64,000 bases of DNA from Octopus sinensis (GCF_006345805.1 NC_043014.1:34348001-34412000); one strand, 5' to 3'; shown: positions 36,083 to 50,629, numbered from the stretch's first letter. The notes: a model not told the origin generated them from the letters alone. Numbers and translations are program-made.

Positions 36083-36321
36083 CCCTTTAGCATTTCAAAT
36101 GGCCAAAGTATTCTACCTGTTTTATGTGTCCGGTCAAAATGTTCTACCTATTTTATGTTAAAACTGGCCAGATCTACCTTCTCACACCAACCCTACAATA
36201 TCACTCTAAAAATTAAGTCACTTCATCAAAATCTCAAAGGTACAAGATAATGCATGATTCTTTCAAAATAATGTGAATAAATAAGCATTACTTTTGACAG
36301 AATAATGTGAATGCTGTAGGG
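36083..36321 (+). mobile_element. TTAA-target MITE family 1
   Basis: TTAA|CCCTTTAGCATT ... AATGCTGTAGGG|TTAA. Related copies near 30835-31053, 31090-31287 and 54590-54816. Confidence 0.8.
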
Positions 36322-36376
36322 TTAACTTAGTTTTAGGATATGTTGGATGTGTTTGAAAAGAATACACATCTTTTAA

Positions 36377-36904
36377 CCCTTCGGAATTCATATTACTCAA
36401 TCAAATTTGTATTTGCCATTGAGAATTTATGGAAGAAGTGAACTGAGCCGTGATGTCCTTCTCCCAACTCCACTTCCCAGCTGGCGGAAACGCGTGGGCA
36501 GGCAGCTGAAGACCTGGGTTACGACGATCAAGGAGGACCTCTCCGTGCTCACGGGACTGCAGGTGGTCGGCCTGCGCCGATGGAACCGTGACTGGCTCGC
36601 TATCTCCAGTGAACTGGCGCAGGACCGTCATGCGTGGGCAGCCATGGTTCGAGATGCCTTGAGGGTGGTAGAAGAAACCTGCCCTGAGTGAATGTCGCCA
36701 CAAGTACAAGTAGGACTCAATCAAATGTTAGTGCTTATTTATTCAAATTGTTTTCAATTAATCATGCATTATCTTTGAGCTTTATAATTTTGATAATGTG
36801 ATGGTTTATTTTTAGACTGACATTGTAGGGTAGGTGTGAGAGGCCAGATCTGGCCAGTTTGAACATAAAATAGGTAGGATATTTGGGGTGGATACAATAA
36901 GGGG
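36377..36904 (-). mobile_element. TTAA-target MITE family 1 interrupted by an RTE fragment
   Basis: TTAA|CCC...GGG|TTAA ends; the body resumes after 36726. Confidence 0.75.
36407..36714 (+). mobile_element. RTE LINE 3' end
   Basis: WRKRVGRQLKTWVTTIKEDL...LAQDRHAWAAMVRDA* with a CAAGTACAAGTA tail and 12-bp TSD ACTCAATCAAAT (36395-36406, 36715-36726). Confidence 0.85.
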
Positions 36905-36974
36905 TTAATTAGCAATTGAGGCAGAGGATAAATGTGCATTTTCTCTTTTACATTTATGTTTGTTTTATTTAGAA

Positions 36975-37372
36975 CTAGCAGTGTAGCCCGACATTGCTCG
37001 GGTTTGTTTTCTTTTTGACACTTTAGAATTGAAATTTTTGAAAAGTAAAAGTTTTGCGTTATGTAGCTCGTTATTCTCTTTAAGTGAACATTTTGCTGGT
37101 TGAAATACACCGAAAAATGGCGACACAGCAGTAAAAAAATTGTAAAAAAATAGGGATTTTCATAGAAAAAAAAGCATCTTTTTGATGTAAATAATTTTTG
37201 GTCTTAACATGGTCCGATTTGAATTTTTTCTTCTTCGGAATGAAGAGCAAGCCTTCTTCTATCATCATCTCAATTTTGGTCAACTTGCGCCACAGGGTCT
37301 CGGAGGAGATAGTGTTAGTTGAAGGCTACCAAACCTGCCACACACAGACAACTTCAGCTTTATATATAAAGA
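36975..37372 (-). mobile_element. Non-autonomous Helitron
   Basis: On the minus strand: A|TCTTTATATATAAAG start, hairpin CCCGAGCAATGTCGGG and CTAG|T end. The 3' end is like that of 3727-4632. Confidence 0.85.
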
Positions 37373-38163
37373 TAATTAAATGTGTATGTACTTAATGGTA
37401 TTAAACATATGCACAAATTTGGAACAGGATAAAAAAAAACTAAAAAAAACTGGTTCAAATGAAGTCACCTATCACCTGCTGCACAATAGTATTTCCGATT
37501 GCACTATGGTGCTTGATCTCTCGAGCAGTGGTCAGGAATTCCTTACTGCAAAAGAGAAAGCCTTTAGGTTACAAGCATCTGTGTTACGGGAATGTACTAT
37601 GTTATTTTTTTGTTAAATTATTTATTAAACTGAATTAAATGAAAATTGATATTCATCTCTCTCTTGAATAATGTGCATAAGTAAGCAGTGAAATATTTTA
37701 CAAAATAATATATTTGAAGTTCACACTGAAGGAAAACACAACAGGAAATTGTTTAACTTCTTAACAAATAACAGTTAAAATCAAGTATACAGGACGAATA
37801 AAGTAAAGTTCAAGAATAAGTAACTATTAAAAGTACTTGAATTTGGGTGTCTTCTATTAATCCTTGGGTTGATGACTATTCTGAGAGAGAATTTTGGTAG
37901 ATGAAATTAGTATGGGAATCATGTCTTCCCATTGATACTGCTTCAGCTGTGGTAAGATTTATGTTCCTGCAGCTTGGCAGTTTCAGTATGGAATAAAGTG
38001 GTATGTAAAAAGCACCATTCAAGCGTGGTCATTACCAGTGCCACCTGACTGGCCCTTGTGCTTAATGGCATGTAAAAAGCACCTGCTACAACTCTCGGAG
38101 TGGTTGGCATTAGGAAAGGCATCCAGCTGTAGAAACTTTGCCAGATCAGATTGGAGCCTGGTG

Positions 38164-38836
38164 CAGCCTTCTGGCTTGCCAGCCCTCAGTCAAACTGTCC
38201 AATCCATGCCAGCATGGAAAGCGGACGTTAAATCACGATGATGATGATGATAAGAGTTGGTGGTTGGAAGTACATTCAGCCATAGAATACTGCCAAGCGA
38301 AATTGCCCGACCATTACCAGCTTGGGAAAAGCAGTTGTAAAAATGATGGTAGCAACTTAACAAAATAGAAATACTCTAGATATCTTTCTGTATGATGTAG
38401 AAATGCGCCCCAGCTATTCCAAACAATAGCATCTCATTTCCTAATTATTATTTCCATTAATTGGTATAATTTATAATTTCACGAAAAAGCATGATACTTC
38501 CAGCCTTCTGGCTTGCCAGCCCTCAGTCAAACTGTCCAATCCATGCCAGCATGGAAAGCGGACGTTAAATCACGATGATGATGATGATAAGAGTTGGTGG
38601 TTGGAAGTACATTCAGCCATAGAATACTGCCAAGCGATCTTGCCCGACCATACCAGCTTGGGAAAAGCAGATGTAAAAATGATGGTAGCAACTTAACAAA
38701 ATAGAAATACTCTAGATATTTTTCTATATGATGTAGAAATGCGCCCCAACTATACCAAACAATAGCGTCTCATTCCTAAATATTATTTCCATTAATCGGT
38801 ATTATTTATAATTTCATGAGAAAGCACGATACTTTC
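38164..38836 (+). repeat. Tandem duplication of about 337 bp
   Basis: Units 38164-38500 and 38501-38836, starting inside an (ATG)n-tailed retroposon. Confidence 0.9.
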
Positions 38837-40689
38837 ACTTTACACAGTAACTTCCAGTTTACAAAATCAGCTTTCACTTTTGTGGAGAATGAGTTTGTGT
38901 GGGATGAATTACTGCGTACTTAAATCTATTTTATTCTGCTATATTTATCTTCACAAGATAATGGTCAGTTATATAACAGCAGGTTAGATTACACACACAC
39001 ACAACACACATTCATGTATATGTATACACATACACATGTATACATATACACATGTATACACACACACATATTTATGCACACACACACACATATATGTATA
39101 CATACACACATGTATATATGTATGTATACACATGTTTATACATGCACACACACATATATGTACGTATACAAACACATGTACGTTTACACACACAGACATA
39201 TATAAATAAAAAATACACATTCAGTACAGGACATCACCAACAAGTGAAAAATATGTAAGCACACAAGAGATAAGTAAAGGACAAAATACGAAAAGAAGTC
39301 TAACTCCTCCTTAGTTGTCGACTGTTTATTACACCCTATTTCGAGCTTTCAATGACAACAGCATCCAGAAATTTAAAAAATATAAAATTTGTGGAGATTT
39401 AGGGCTTCAAATGAACAAACAAAACAGTGTACATACAGAGTAAACAATCGACGATGACAAACATTAAGGGTTGTTAGGCCATGACTAATTGTAAAGGGTA
39501 ACACCTGGGAGAAATTTTAAAAGGATATAGAATAAATAGAAGGGAAGAAAATAGTAGAAGAGAAAAAAATGTCGGGAGGCAAGAGAAATGACATCCAGCT
39601 AGGTGGACATCTGGTCCAGAAAAGACGGAGGTGAGAGAGAAATGGCCTGTAGTCACGTGTTACCAACAGGCAGAGAGGAAGGGGGACAAGAGATAGGATG
39701 AGGGAAAGAAACAAAGAGAGTGAGGGGAAGGGTGAAGGAATGAAAGATAGTAAGGAGTAGAAGAAAGACGGGACAGTGAAGAAGAAGGGGGATCCCTCTA
39801 TAATCCTCTTTATTTTCTATTTCTCTCTCCTCCTTCTTCACTGTCCCCTTAATTTAGGCTTTTTGGACACATTTTCTTCACTTTTTACACTTGCAGGTCA
39901 TTTCTTTAGAAAATATCAAGAGAAGTCTCTTTTTCCTGCCTTTCAAAATGTTACAAAAATGCACCACAGCAGTGTCATTAAATAAAGCAACTTGCACGAC
40001 CTGTAGATACTTTTTCAGGATGATATTTTTCAACAAATTCAGTAACATACTGTCACTTTGCCAACACTGCCTTCATGTCACTTGTAGAGATAGCATTTTC
40101 TGCTACACTGTCCTCCTCCAGAGAACCAGTCTCTTCCACCTCATTCAGCACTGTCCTTTGCACTAACCTTCTTAGGACCCATGGCTGACACAACTAATTA
40201 TTATAAAATAATAGCAAAAAATTTTCTCTTAAATGAAATTGGACAAAAGCAACAGTTTGAATCAGAACAGAGAAACAAGGCCATGAATGAGATTGGCACC
40301 ATGTATTTATTGTGCTGATGGGTGACCACAGAAGCCTTAGAAGGTGTAGAGCGTTTGGGTGGCATTTTAAGGCTTTAATAACACGCTGTGAAAAACACAG
40401 CACTCAACAAAAATCTTCATTGCGTCTAATATGCAGATACCATGAATGGGAGATTGAGCAGAAATTAAAAATAATCATGATTTTGAAGGGGACCAGCTGG
40501 TATCCTAATTTCAATGAGGCTATATTGGCTCACAACCTTAAAAATTATCCTGTTGAAATATTGTGTATGGTCAAATGTAGCGATGACGTTAAAAAAAAGA
40601 ATCATTGGTATAAAATTAACGTTCAGTCTCGTGTTGTATGTATCTTTGATCTCTCATTGCTAGTCCAAGTAATACTGGTGTGATACACA

Positions 40690-40751
<62 letters not shown>

Positions 40752-40752
40752 G

Positions 40753-40843
<91 letters not shown>

Positions 40844-40849
40844 TTTCAG

Positions 40850-41125
40850 TGGAGGCGCAATGGCCCGGTGGTTAGGGCAGCGGACTCACGGTCATAGGAT
40901 CGTGGTTTCAATTCCCACACCGAGTGTTTTGAGTGTTTATTGAGGAAAACACCTAAAGCTCCACTAGGCTCTGGCAGGGGCTGGTGGTGATCCCTGCTGT
41001 ACTCTTTCACCACAACTTTCTCTTACTTTTTCTTCTGTTGGCCTGCTTGCTTAGCCAGCAGGGTGGCATCATTGACCAGCGATGTGTAGCAACATCTGAT
41101 GGCCTGGTTGGTCACGTGATATATA
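40850..41125 (+). mobile_element. tRNA-headed SINE, another family
   Basis: GGAGGCGCAATGGCCCGGTGGTTAGGGCAGCGG (A box) and GGTTTCAATTCCC (B-box-like), with a short tail ggtcacgtgat. Confidence 0.7.
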
Positions 41126-41949
41126 CTTTCACTACACTGTGAGGTTGATGTTGTTGATAGACAAATACAGTGAGAGAAGGAGAGAGAGTGTGTGTGTGAA
41201 ATATAGATAGATGTTGCTATACTAATTAGCAAACTTTGATTGAAAGCAGGAATAAGAGATACAAGATACAAGAAAAAAAAAATCAAGTGTCGTGATGCGT
41301 GGCTATTCTAATCAGATGGAGCTTCAGCTGTGAAGGGGTGTCCAGCAAGCCTGCAAATATGGTATGTTATTATTAATAATTTAGCCTTAAAAAATGTGAA
41401 AAATATATATTGTCACGAAAAAAGCCATAAACAATTGCGAATTATATTTACAATTCTGCAAATACGCAGTGGTTTCCACAAACAATTATTAGTTCTATGA
41501 ATAAATGATGATGATACAGTCTACAATATGACCATACTTTTTTTAAAACACTAGGGTGTGATTTGAGGGGGATTTTCCTAATATTTGTAGCTCGTAGAGT
41601 GACTGCATGGAGGCTCCTTTAAGTTTTACTCCATGTCTATCTTCTAATTAGATAAGTCTTTCAACTATTTTTACCAGCAATGTCCTGGTCAGAGAGTGGA
41701 TAGATATGTCACTGAAAAGACATTCTTTCCTAAATCAATTTTCTAATGGCAATTGTTTAGACTGGACAGTTTGCTTTCATTTACCTACCAGTTTACTTTG
41801 ACATCCAATGTGCTCTTTGTTTTAATTTAGTAATGCTCAATAGATTCAACTAACAACGCCTTTAGTGTGATTTAGTCTTACATACCATAGTTCGTTGTTG
41901 TACTTTTTACTTCTATGCTTTCTCTTGGTTGGTTATACATTTCAGATAG

Positions 41950-42181
41950 GCGAGCTGGCAGAAACGTTAGCACGCCGGGCGAAATGCTTAGCGGTATTTC
42001 GTCTGCCGTTACGTTCTGAGTTCAAATTCCGCCGAGGTCGACTTTGCCTTTCATCCTTTCGGGGTCGATAAATTAAATACCAGTTTCGCACTGGGGTTGA
42101 TGTAATTGACTTAATCCCTTTGTCTGTCCTTGTTAGTCCCCTCTATGTTTAGCCCCTTGTGGGCAGTAAAGAAATATATAT
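41950..42181 (+). mobile_element. SINE family B, young copy
   Basis: Near-identical to 5282-5513, with 11-bp TSD ATTTCAGATAG. Confidence 0.9.
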
Positions 42182-43729
42182 ATTTCAGATAGTGTCTTGG
42201 CGATAAAGCTCTTTTTTTTTTTGTAGTAATTACAAAATTTTCTTTTTCTGCTTTCAGACCAAAGTTTACTGTACAATGTCTTATTTTTTTTCAATATAAC
42301 CATTATTATAATAATTATTATTATTAGTTTTTTCTTCAAGGATATTAGTATCTAGTACATGCAGCTGTCCTGTAGGAAACTGTAGGCATTGAGGTGGTGG
42401 AGGAATCGGACAGCTTTCTCTAGTTCAACAAATGCAAAATAGAAGTTTCATTTTAGCTAAGTATTCTTGCTCTAAAAACAGCACTGTTATTTCTATCTTG
42501 AGGTACACAAGAGAAATCTGTCCCACCCCCAACCCATCCAATCAAGCTCTAGTTTCATCTAGCATAGGTTTTACTGAACATAGATTTCATCAAGCCTCTT
42601 CAATCACCTTCATGGCTTGATCTCTGTGTCTGCTTATCATAAATGCGTTGTGTATTTTTAGAGCTGATAATAGTGCATTTAAGCCAGTTATCAGGGCTAA
42701 CAGATTCCTGCACATTCTGTTTAATTGTGTTATTAGAACTAGTGTAAAATCATTTAATCTTGGCAGTTCCTTCACCATTGCTTTTATCTTTGGTGATTTT
42801 TCTTTTTTTACCATTGCACCTATCTTTGGTGATTTTTCTTTTACAATCTTTTTTTTAATTGGCCTCCTCTATTACCATAATTTTGAACTACCTTTGTTTC
42901 AATTTTCAAAATTATGAAAAATCTAGTAAAATAACTAGCAAATTTAATTAAGTTGGTGTTTGGTAACTGTACACAAACATTATCACTTATTTAAGCCTAT
43001 TATATGATATCAAAGCAAGGTGACCTGTAATCCATATACACATGAATGTGTGTGTTCACACACCGATATAGAATTAGATTCTTTTGGTTTCCGTTTACCA
43101 GATCCACTCATAAGGCTTTGGTAAGGCACTTGCTCAAAATGTCATGCAGTGGGACTGAACCCCCCATGTGGTTGAAAAACAAACGTCTTACCACACAGCC
43201 ATGCCTGCACCTGTTTGTGCATGTGCTTGAAGGTGATATTATAAATGTTTCTTCTGTCTTTTATAAATGAAGCACCTGACAGGTTCCCTTGCAAAGACAT
43301 AGAATAAAGTACTTATAAAGCTGAAGTTCACATAAGAAAGGGCATCCAGCTTTAGGATACTGTCTCATGATACCCAATTCAGGCCTGCATGAAAGATATA
43401 AAAAGAATGTTAATGATGCATGTCTATAATGTGTGATATATGAAGAAAGAGAACAAAAAATTATGGGGTCTGCTCTGCATGTAGCCCATTTACTAACTCT
43501 GAATTAAACTGATATAACAAAGAGAATACTGAAGCTCAAGGGCACAAACACTCTAGGGCCAGGTGCATGATAAAATATACCTAATCTATGCTGAACTGAG
43601 AACATTCTAAGCAATGTGAGCAAATTGGTGCAAAGTTCAGTTACTTAGGTGGTACAATTAATATTAGTTATTGGTAAATTGAAAACATAGCATCTCAGAT
43701 GCATGGAAGTAGTAGTAAAATCTCTAGCT

Positions 43730-44150
43730 GGTGAGCGGAGCAGGAGGCTGTCCTCTCAACCAATATGCTGCTGTGGGTGCCACTGGATGACACTCTTGTG
43801 ATGATGTTATTTCTACCTTTTCAATCCATGGCACTGGCCTTAGCATACTTGAGGTCAAGGTGCTGCGACTTCAGATCTTCCTCAATTTGTTTTGCTAATG
43901 TTTTCTTTGGTGCACTGTGCTGGATTCTCTAGTACATGGGTCACTGCTGCCACAAAAGTTGGTGTGGTTGTCTTCCAGTGCTCATCCTGCAGATGTGGTC
44001 AAACCACTGTGGCCTGCACTGCTGGACTTGATCTTCAACAGTTGGCTGCTGCTGGCATTGTTCTCGAATGTTGTTATTTGTGATTTGGTTGCATAGAGAG
44101 ACACCAAGGATTTGGATCTGATGAAAACACTGCATTTGGAACACCTAGAA
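43730..44150 (-). mobile_element. RTE-like LINE C-terminal relic
   Basis: WFDHICRMSTGRQPHQLL and APKKTLAKQIEEDL resemble the RTE motifs W.GH..RM...R.P and RP...W...I..DL. Confidence 0.55.
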
Positions 44151-44302
44151 CATAAAGGTACAAAGAACCTCAGAACTGTTTGCCTGAAGTAATAGGTTTC
44201 TATTTCAGTGCAAATGGCTGAGTAAGGAGTATGTGTAAGAAATGTCATTCCTATGGACAACAGATTACAAAATTGTCTTGACTGAAGAAGAATGAGTTGG
44301 TT

Positions 44303-44597
44303 GTCATCATCATCATCAAATGTCCGTTTTCCGTGCTAGCATGGGTTGGACGGTTCGACCGGGGTCTGGGAGCCAAGAGGCTGCATCAAGCTACAGTCTG
44401 ATCTGGCGGTTTCTACAGCTGGATGCCCTTCCTAACGCCAACCACTCCGTGAGTGTAGTGGGTGCTTTTTATGTGCCACCAGCAGGCTGTCAGCGGCCAC
44501 AATCGGTTGGTGCTTTTTTCATGCCACCGGCACAGAAGCCAGTCAAGGCGGCACTGGTATCGGCCACGTTCGGATGGTGCTTTGTACGTGCCACCGA
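44303..44597 (-). mobile_element. (ATG)n-tailed retroposon family D (RTE 3' UTR type)
   Basis: ggcgttaggaagggcatccagc...catgctagcatggaaa.cggac..(atg)n. Copies also at about 38005-38250 (+), 49485-49753 (+), 51355-51530 (+), 52166-52355 (-) and 63391-63540 (+). Confidence 0.8.
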
Positions 44598-44945
44598 TAA
44601 AATTTGTAAAACTAAGTGTAAAGGTTTTGAGGAAGTGATTGAGTATGGACATTGCTCAGTGTATGTAAAGGTGGCACGAAACTAATAATGGGCATGTAAA
44701 GTGGAGAGGAGTTTGATATATTACTGAGAAAGTAGATCAGTTCTTCACTTTGTACTGTAGAGGGGATGCTGTTCAAGCAAGGTGTCATTTTATGTGGTGA
44801 GAGTAAATGTATGTTTTTTTTAAACATGCATCTATATTATCTACAAATTTATCTGTCCATCTGTATATGCATGTATGTAAATGTGTATACAGAGATATGT
44901 CTGTCTCTGTATATCTGTGTGTGTGTGTGTCTATATATGTAGGTA

Positions 44946-44979
<34 letters not shown>

Positions 44980-45096
44980 CACACATATATGCACATATAA
45001 GTTGGTATGTGCGTGTGTGTGTGTGTGTATAGGTCTATGTGTATATAACTATGTGTATATATGATACATATGTGCACGTGTATATATTTATCTGTA

Positions 45097-45154
<58 letters not shown>

Positions 45155-46096
45155 TATAGATTTAGATAAACTGTCAAGACTACATCTTTGGCTTTCTTGA
45201 TAGCCCCTCATCCTTTTAACGACCCTATGTCTCCCCATTCTTGTCACACATCCTTCTTATCATGCAGCTGTTTATCATCTCTGCCACTTTAACCCATGTG
45301 TCTTGTGTCCATCAAACCGTAACTCCGGTGCTCACGTCCCTATTGCTCCCTCTTTGGTCACTCTCACTGCACTAAACTGCCAATGTTACTGAGGTTAGCA
45401 GTGGGTCTCTTTGGTTCACTGTACATTACTCCCTTTGCAACTGATACTCCAGGAGCTATCTAGCCATCCTTTTCTTGTCCCTATCACCCTAGCTTTCATT
45501 ATTTTGACGCATATATTTAACCCTTTTGTTACTGTATTTATTTTGAAATGTTCTGTGTTTCTTTCAATTACTTTAACTATAACAAAGAATTTAGTAAAAT
45601 AACTTAGTTATCATTAAGCTAGTGTTAGGAACATAAATTGTGACTAAGGTTTGGTGGAAGATTTTGATTCAAAACTTATGAAAACAAGACATTTGTACTA
45701 CAGAGCCAGAGCCGATTTCAGCCGGGTTGGTAACAAACTTCATCGGATTGCATGTATCCTATACAACATCTGTCATTCATTTTCACCATTCATCCATCTC
45801 TGGTTATATGTCATTCCTTCACCATTAGCCTCTCTGGTGCTGTTGCTCTAAAACATAAAGTATAGAGTTAGGAGGACTCTTTAGTGTTGTCAAAGACGTA
45901 ACAGTCTTTCTAGTGCTGGCAACCATGAAAAGAGGTATGCAGTAAAGAGGGTGGTTTGAGGAAGGGTGTCGGGTCATAGAAACCAAACATGAAATGAAAT
46001 ATATGAACATTTTGTACATCTCTACCAGAGCAACAGTGACCCCAGCCAATCTGTGCCAGCATGTAAAACATGTAAACTGAAAATGATGATGACCAT

Positions 46097-46131
<35 letters not shown>

Positions 46132-46238
46132 GTGTATATATGTGTGCTTGTGAGTGCATATGTAGGTGTACACAGTGAGACTAAACCCCAGATCACATAG
46201 TTGAGAAGCAAGCTTCTTTAGTACTCAGCAATGCTTGT

Positions 46239-46280
<42 letters not shown>

Positions 46281-46282
<2 letters not shown>

Positions 46283-46694
46283 CGCAGGAGTGGCTGTGTG
46301 GTAAGTAGCTAATTTACCAACCACATGGTTCCGGGTTCAGTCCCACTGTGTGGCACCTTGGGCAAGTGTCTTCTACTATATCCTCGGGCCAACCAAAGCC
46401 TTGTGGATTTGGTAGATGGAAACTGAAAGAAGCCCGTCGTATATATGTGTATATATATATATGTATATATGTGTGCATGTATGTTTGTGTGTCTGTGTTT
46501 GTCCCATCCAGCATCGCTTGACAACCGATGCTGGTGTGTTTATGTCCCCGTCACTTAGCGGTTCGGCAAAAGAGACCGATAGAATAAGTACTGGGCTTAC
46601 AAAGAATAAGTTCCGGGGTCGAGTTGCTCGATTAAAGGCGATGCTCCAGCATGGCCGCAGTCAAATGACTGAAACAAGTAAAAGAGTAAGAGAG
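46281..46694 (+). mobile_element. SINE family A, full length
   Basis: Near-identical to 911-1314 and directly preceded by (TA)n. Confidence 0.9.
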
Positions 46695-46830
46695 ATATAC
46701 ATGTGTACATGCACGTGTTTTCTGACAGATGTTGCAAGTGGCAGATAGTATCAGCAATTTGAGAAACCAATCGAAACCATGTCTCTGTTTTCATCAAATG
46801 ATTGATTGCCACTACCACGCACACACGCAT

Positions 46831-46863
<33 letters not shown>

Positions 46864-47160
46864 TGTGTGTGTCTGTTTGTATAAACACAGGCATAAATGT
46901 GTAGTTAAGAAGTTCTCTTTGAAACCATATCCTTTAGGGATCATTTCCACAGCGTAGTACTGTCTGTTAGCTTAGTACTCTGGATGCAAGCTGATGAATG
47001 CCTTGCCAATGAACTCTCTCTCTATCACTATCTACCTCTATCTCTCTCTCTCTATCTCACTATCTCTCTCTATCTCTCTCTCTATCTATCTGTCTCTGTA
47101 TCTTTCTCTCTCTCTCTATCTATCTGTTTGTCTCTGTATCTCTGTATCTCTCTCTCTGTG

Positions 47161-47207
<47 letters not shown>

Positions 47208-47301
47208 CTGTATCTATCTCTCTCTCTCTCTGTCGGTTTGGTGAAGCAAACTGGAAAAATACAACTCAAAACATGAGTATATATATATTTTGATTAATAT
47301 T

Positions 47302-47397
47302 AGCAGATGTAACAAAGTGACTCAAAGCAGATGTAACAAAGTGACTCAAAGCAGATGTAACAAAGTGACTCAAAGCAGATGTAACAAAGTGACTCAA
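47302..47397 (+). repeat. 24-bp perfect tandem repeat, 4 copies
   Basis: AGCAGATGTAACAAAGTGACTCAA four times with no spacers. Confidence 0.95.
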
Positions 47398-47420
47398 GGG
47401 TTGAGAGTTTGTATATACAT

Positions 47421-47455
<35 letters not shown>

Positions 47456-47960
47456 GTGTGTTGTGTTCACGCATGTTATGGATTTGCAGTAAGCAGCAAG
47501 TTACCTTTTGTGTTCTGAGTTCAAATCCCTCCAAGTTTCATTTTTTTTTTGCTTTCAGCTCAGTAAAACAAAATAACAGATTAGGTTCCTGTGTAGTTAT
47601 GAAGCTTGCTATTGGATCTATTGAAGTAGATACTCCACTTTTCCTATGAGGCTCAATAAATAGAAACTTATAGTACATATGTGTGTTGGTACTTGAGTAC
47701 TATTTTTTCCACCTGCTTTGCACCTATGTGCTTGTGTGTGTCTGTGTGTATCTGGATATTGAGCTGTTTGTTCAAAGCTCTTGGGGATAAATATTACCTT
47801 GCTTAGAAACAGGTGTTGGTTGGCAACAGGAAGTGCATCTGGCTGTAGATAAATGTGTGCATATATGTATGGGTTTGTGTGTATATGTATATGCATATGT
47901 GTGTATATCCATATCTCCCAACATGTACAATATTTTTATATGTGCATGTGTGTGTATCTA

Positions 47961-48013
<53 letters not shown>

Positions 48014-48130
48014 GAATGAAGTGGAGAGGCAGTTAAACACAAATAGGCTTAATGTGTGTATTTACATGGACTACAAAATACAGTTTGGACTGAAGAATAT
48101 AATGTCAATAATAATTCATACACACACACA

Positions 48131-48177
<47 letters not shown>

Positions 48178-48261
48178 ATATATATATATGAAGAAAGAGG
48201 TTATCCGTGTCTTAGGTGAATTTTCCATTTGTTCTTTTGTAGTGTGTATGTGTATATATAT

Positions 48262-48317
<56 letters not shown>

Positions 48318-50629
48318 TATATTACAAGAGCTATAAAGGCATCTCCAACTAGCAGGCCATGCTACTCCAGACGGATGATGAGCAAAGACTCAGAAACTAG
48401 TCTATGGGTGCAGGCTTAGCTGGGTAGAGGTGCTTATCTCCCCCTTGTAAATATAAGGACACAGAAAATGTGTCAAGGCCGACAGGAAGCATTGCTGCTT
48501 CCTAGGGCTAAATAACAGTAGTATGATTCCCTTCATGGGACTGTCACATTAAGTTGACAGTATACAACTATTTTATATATAGTTTATTTTACTGTTAAGA
48601 TATGATCAACAAAAGAAAGTACTCCATCTCATGAGAGATAAATATTGTTTAATGCACACTGTATATAATTATGAACTAATAGTCTCATACATTGCTGATA
48701 TTATCTAGGCAGCAAGTTTTAACACATCTAGTGTCTCCAAGTAAACTTCAGGCTTTGGGTACATGTCCTATGCAAGTTACAAATAATGATAATCGAACAA
48801 GAGAAATGATGAGAAAAATGACATGAAGATGGGTTCAAAAAGTGGAATGGTGAAAAAAATGGAGAAAGAAAAAGGATTACATCGGGTTGCATCGACTTCA
48901 AAAGTTGCTATGCTGACACCTATCTTCTTTCCAGCGCATGGACATCAGTAAAACCACTAAGTTTGGCTAACCACATATGGGGTTTGAAGGCCAACTCCTC
49001 ACCACATACAATCAAGTGGAAAATCATGGAAAAAATCCATGCCATAAAATTGAAAAATCCATGCCAAAAAAATGGATTTAAAAAATGCAAGTTATGTGTA
49101 TCTGAAATATTGCATATTGTTTTTTGTATCTAAGAATTCCACTGCAATGCTAAATTCAAGATTAGGACTTTTCAACAAAAGCAAAACATACAGACGATTT
49201 TTTTTTTTTTTTTTTTTTTGGTGAAGTGGAGAACACCACACTCCTTGGATGGAGCAGCTGTATTGCAGACTTGAAACTCCTGTTGCTTCTATGCCATCTA
49301 GCCTTGCAACCCTATGGTCGAAGGCGGGGACATAATCCTTCCTTTTTCTCTTTTCTTTTTCTGTTTTTTTTTTTTTTGTGATTTCTCTTATTGTATTGAC
49401 CTCATTTGTAACTTGTATAGGCCATGTGCCCAAAGCCTGAAGATTACTTGGAGGCAATAGGCATGTTTTAAAACCTATCTAGATAATACCTTCCTCGCCT
49501 GGCCCCCGTGCCGGTGGCACGTAAGAAGCACCATCCGATTGTGGTCGTTTGCCAGCCTTGTCTGGCACCTGTGCCGGTGGCATGTAAAAAGCACCCACTA
49601 CACACACGGAGTGGTTGGCATTAGGAAGGGCATCCAGCCGTAGAAACATTGCCAAATCAGACTGGGCCTGGTGCAGCCTTCTGGCTTCCCAGACCCCAGT
49701 TGAACCGTCCAACCCATGCTAGCATGGAAAGCGGATGCTAAACGATGATGATGTATGAAACTATTAGTAGCTTATAACTATATACTGCACACATTAAACA
49801 ACATACACACACACAATAAACTAATCTTTACATCTGTAAATATTATTGAATTTAAAAAAAAAAATTATTTTTATATTTGCAGTTTGCTTTACTTCTAAAA
49901 GTTGGATTTTGTCAAACATAATTTATGAATGTTTGGAATAGATGAATATGTTTTACTCATTTCTCTTAGACCAAACAGAAAGAGCGTAACCTAGAAAAGG
50001 TTCTTTCTGCAATTGGATTAAGCATTAACTGGTGGCTATGTTTAAAAGAACTCCAGCTTATGATTAGAAGGAATCAAGTGAGAGATATGTGTAGCCATGT
50101 AATCCATTGTGATCTTAAGTTGAGCTGAAGATTAAATGCAGTGAGAGAGACTAAAAAACAGTTTCTTTTATTGAGAAGTTATGTTGAAGAGCTAATAGTA
50201 AATCTGTGAAAGCATATTCTGGACATTGTGCTATTTGTTGTTCAGAGCTCTCGAGGGGAATATCTTGAGTAGAAACAGGTGTCAGTTGGCAATTGTATCT
50301 GGCTGCAGGTGTGTGTGTGTGTGTGTGTTTATGTGCATGTGTGCGTGTGCATGTACATATTGGTGTGTATATATCCATATGTATATTTCCAAACACATAC
50401 AATATTTACATGTGCGTGTGTGTGTCTATCTATCCATCCATTCATCCATCCCTCTATCTATCTCTATTTCTATGTATCTCTGTCTATCTAACTATATATC
50501 TATCTATCACTATGTATCTATCTATCTATCTATATATCTATCTATCTCTATCTATCTATCTATTAGTCTATCTCTCTATGTATCTATCTATCTCTCTACC
50601 TGTCTCTCTATCTCTATGTCTGTCTGTCT

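Noticed and set aside
38984-40943. ORFs rich in YI, CV, HT or LS repeats here and across the window
   Set aside because: They are translations of (TA)n, (TG)n, (CA)n, (CT)n and (CTAT)n microsatellites.
42370-42870. Minus-strand ORF 42590-42814 as a gene or transposase
   Set aside because: I see no recognisable motif or splice signals and cannot assign it without a search.
47302-47397. 24-bp repeats as a CRISPR array or repeat protein (SRCNKVTQ x4)
   Set aside because: There are no spacers or cas genes, the context is eukaryotic, and the paralogous copy has a single unit.
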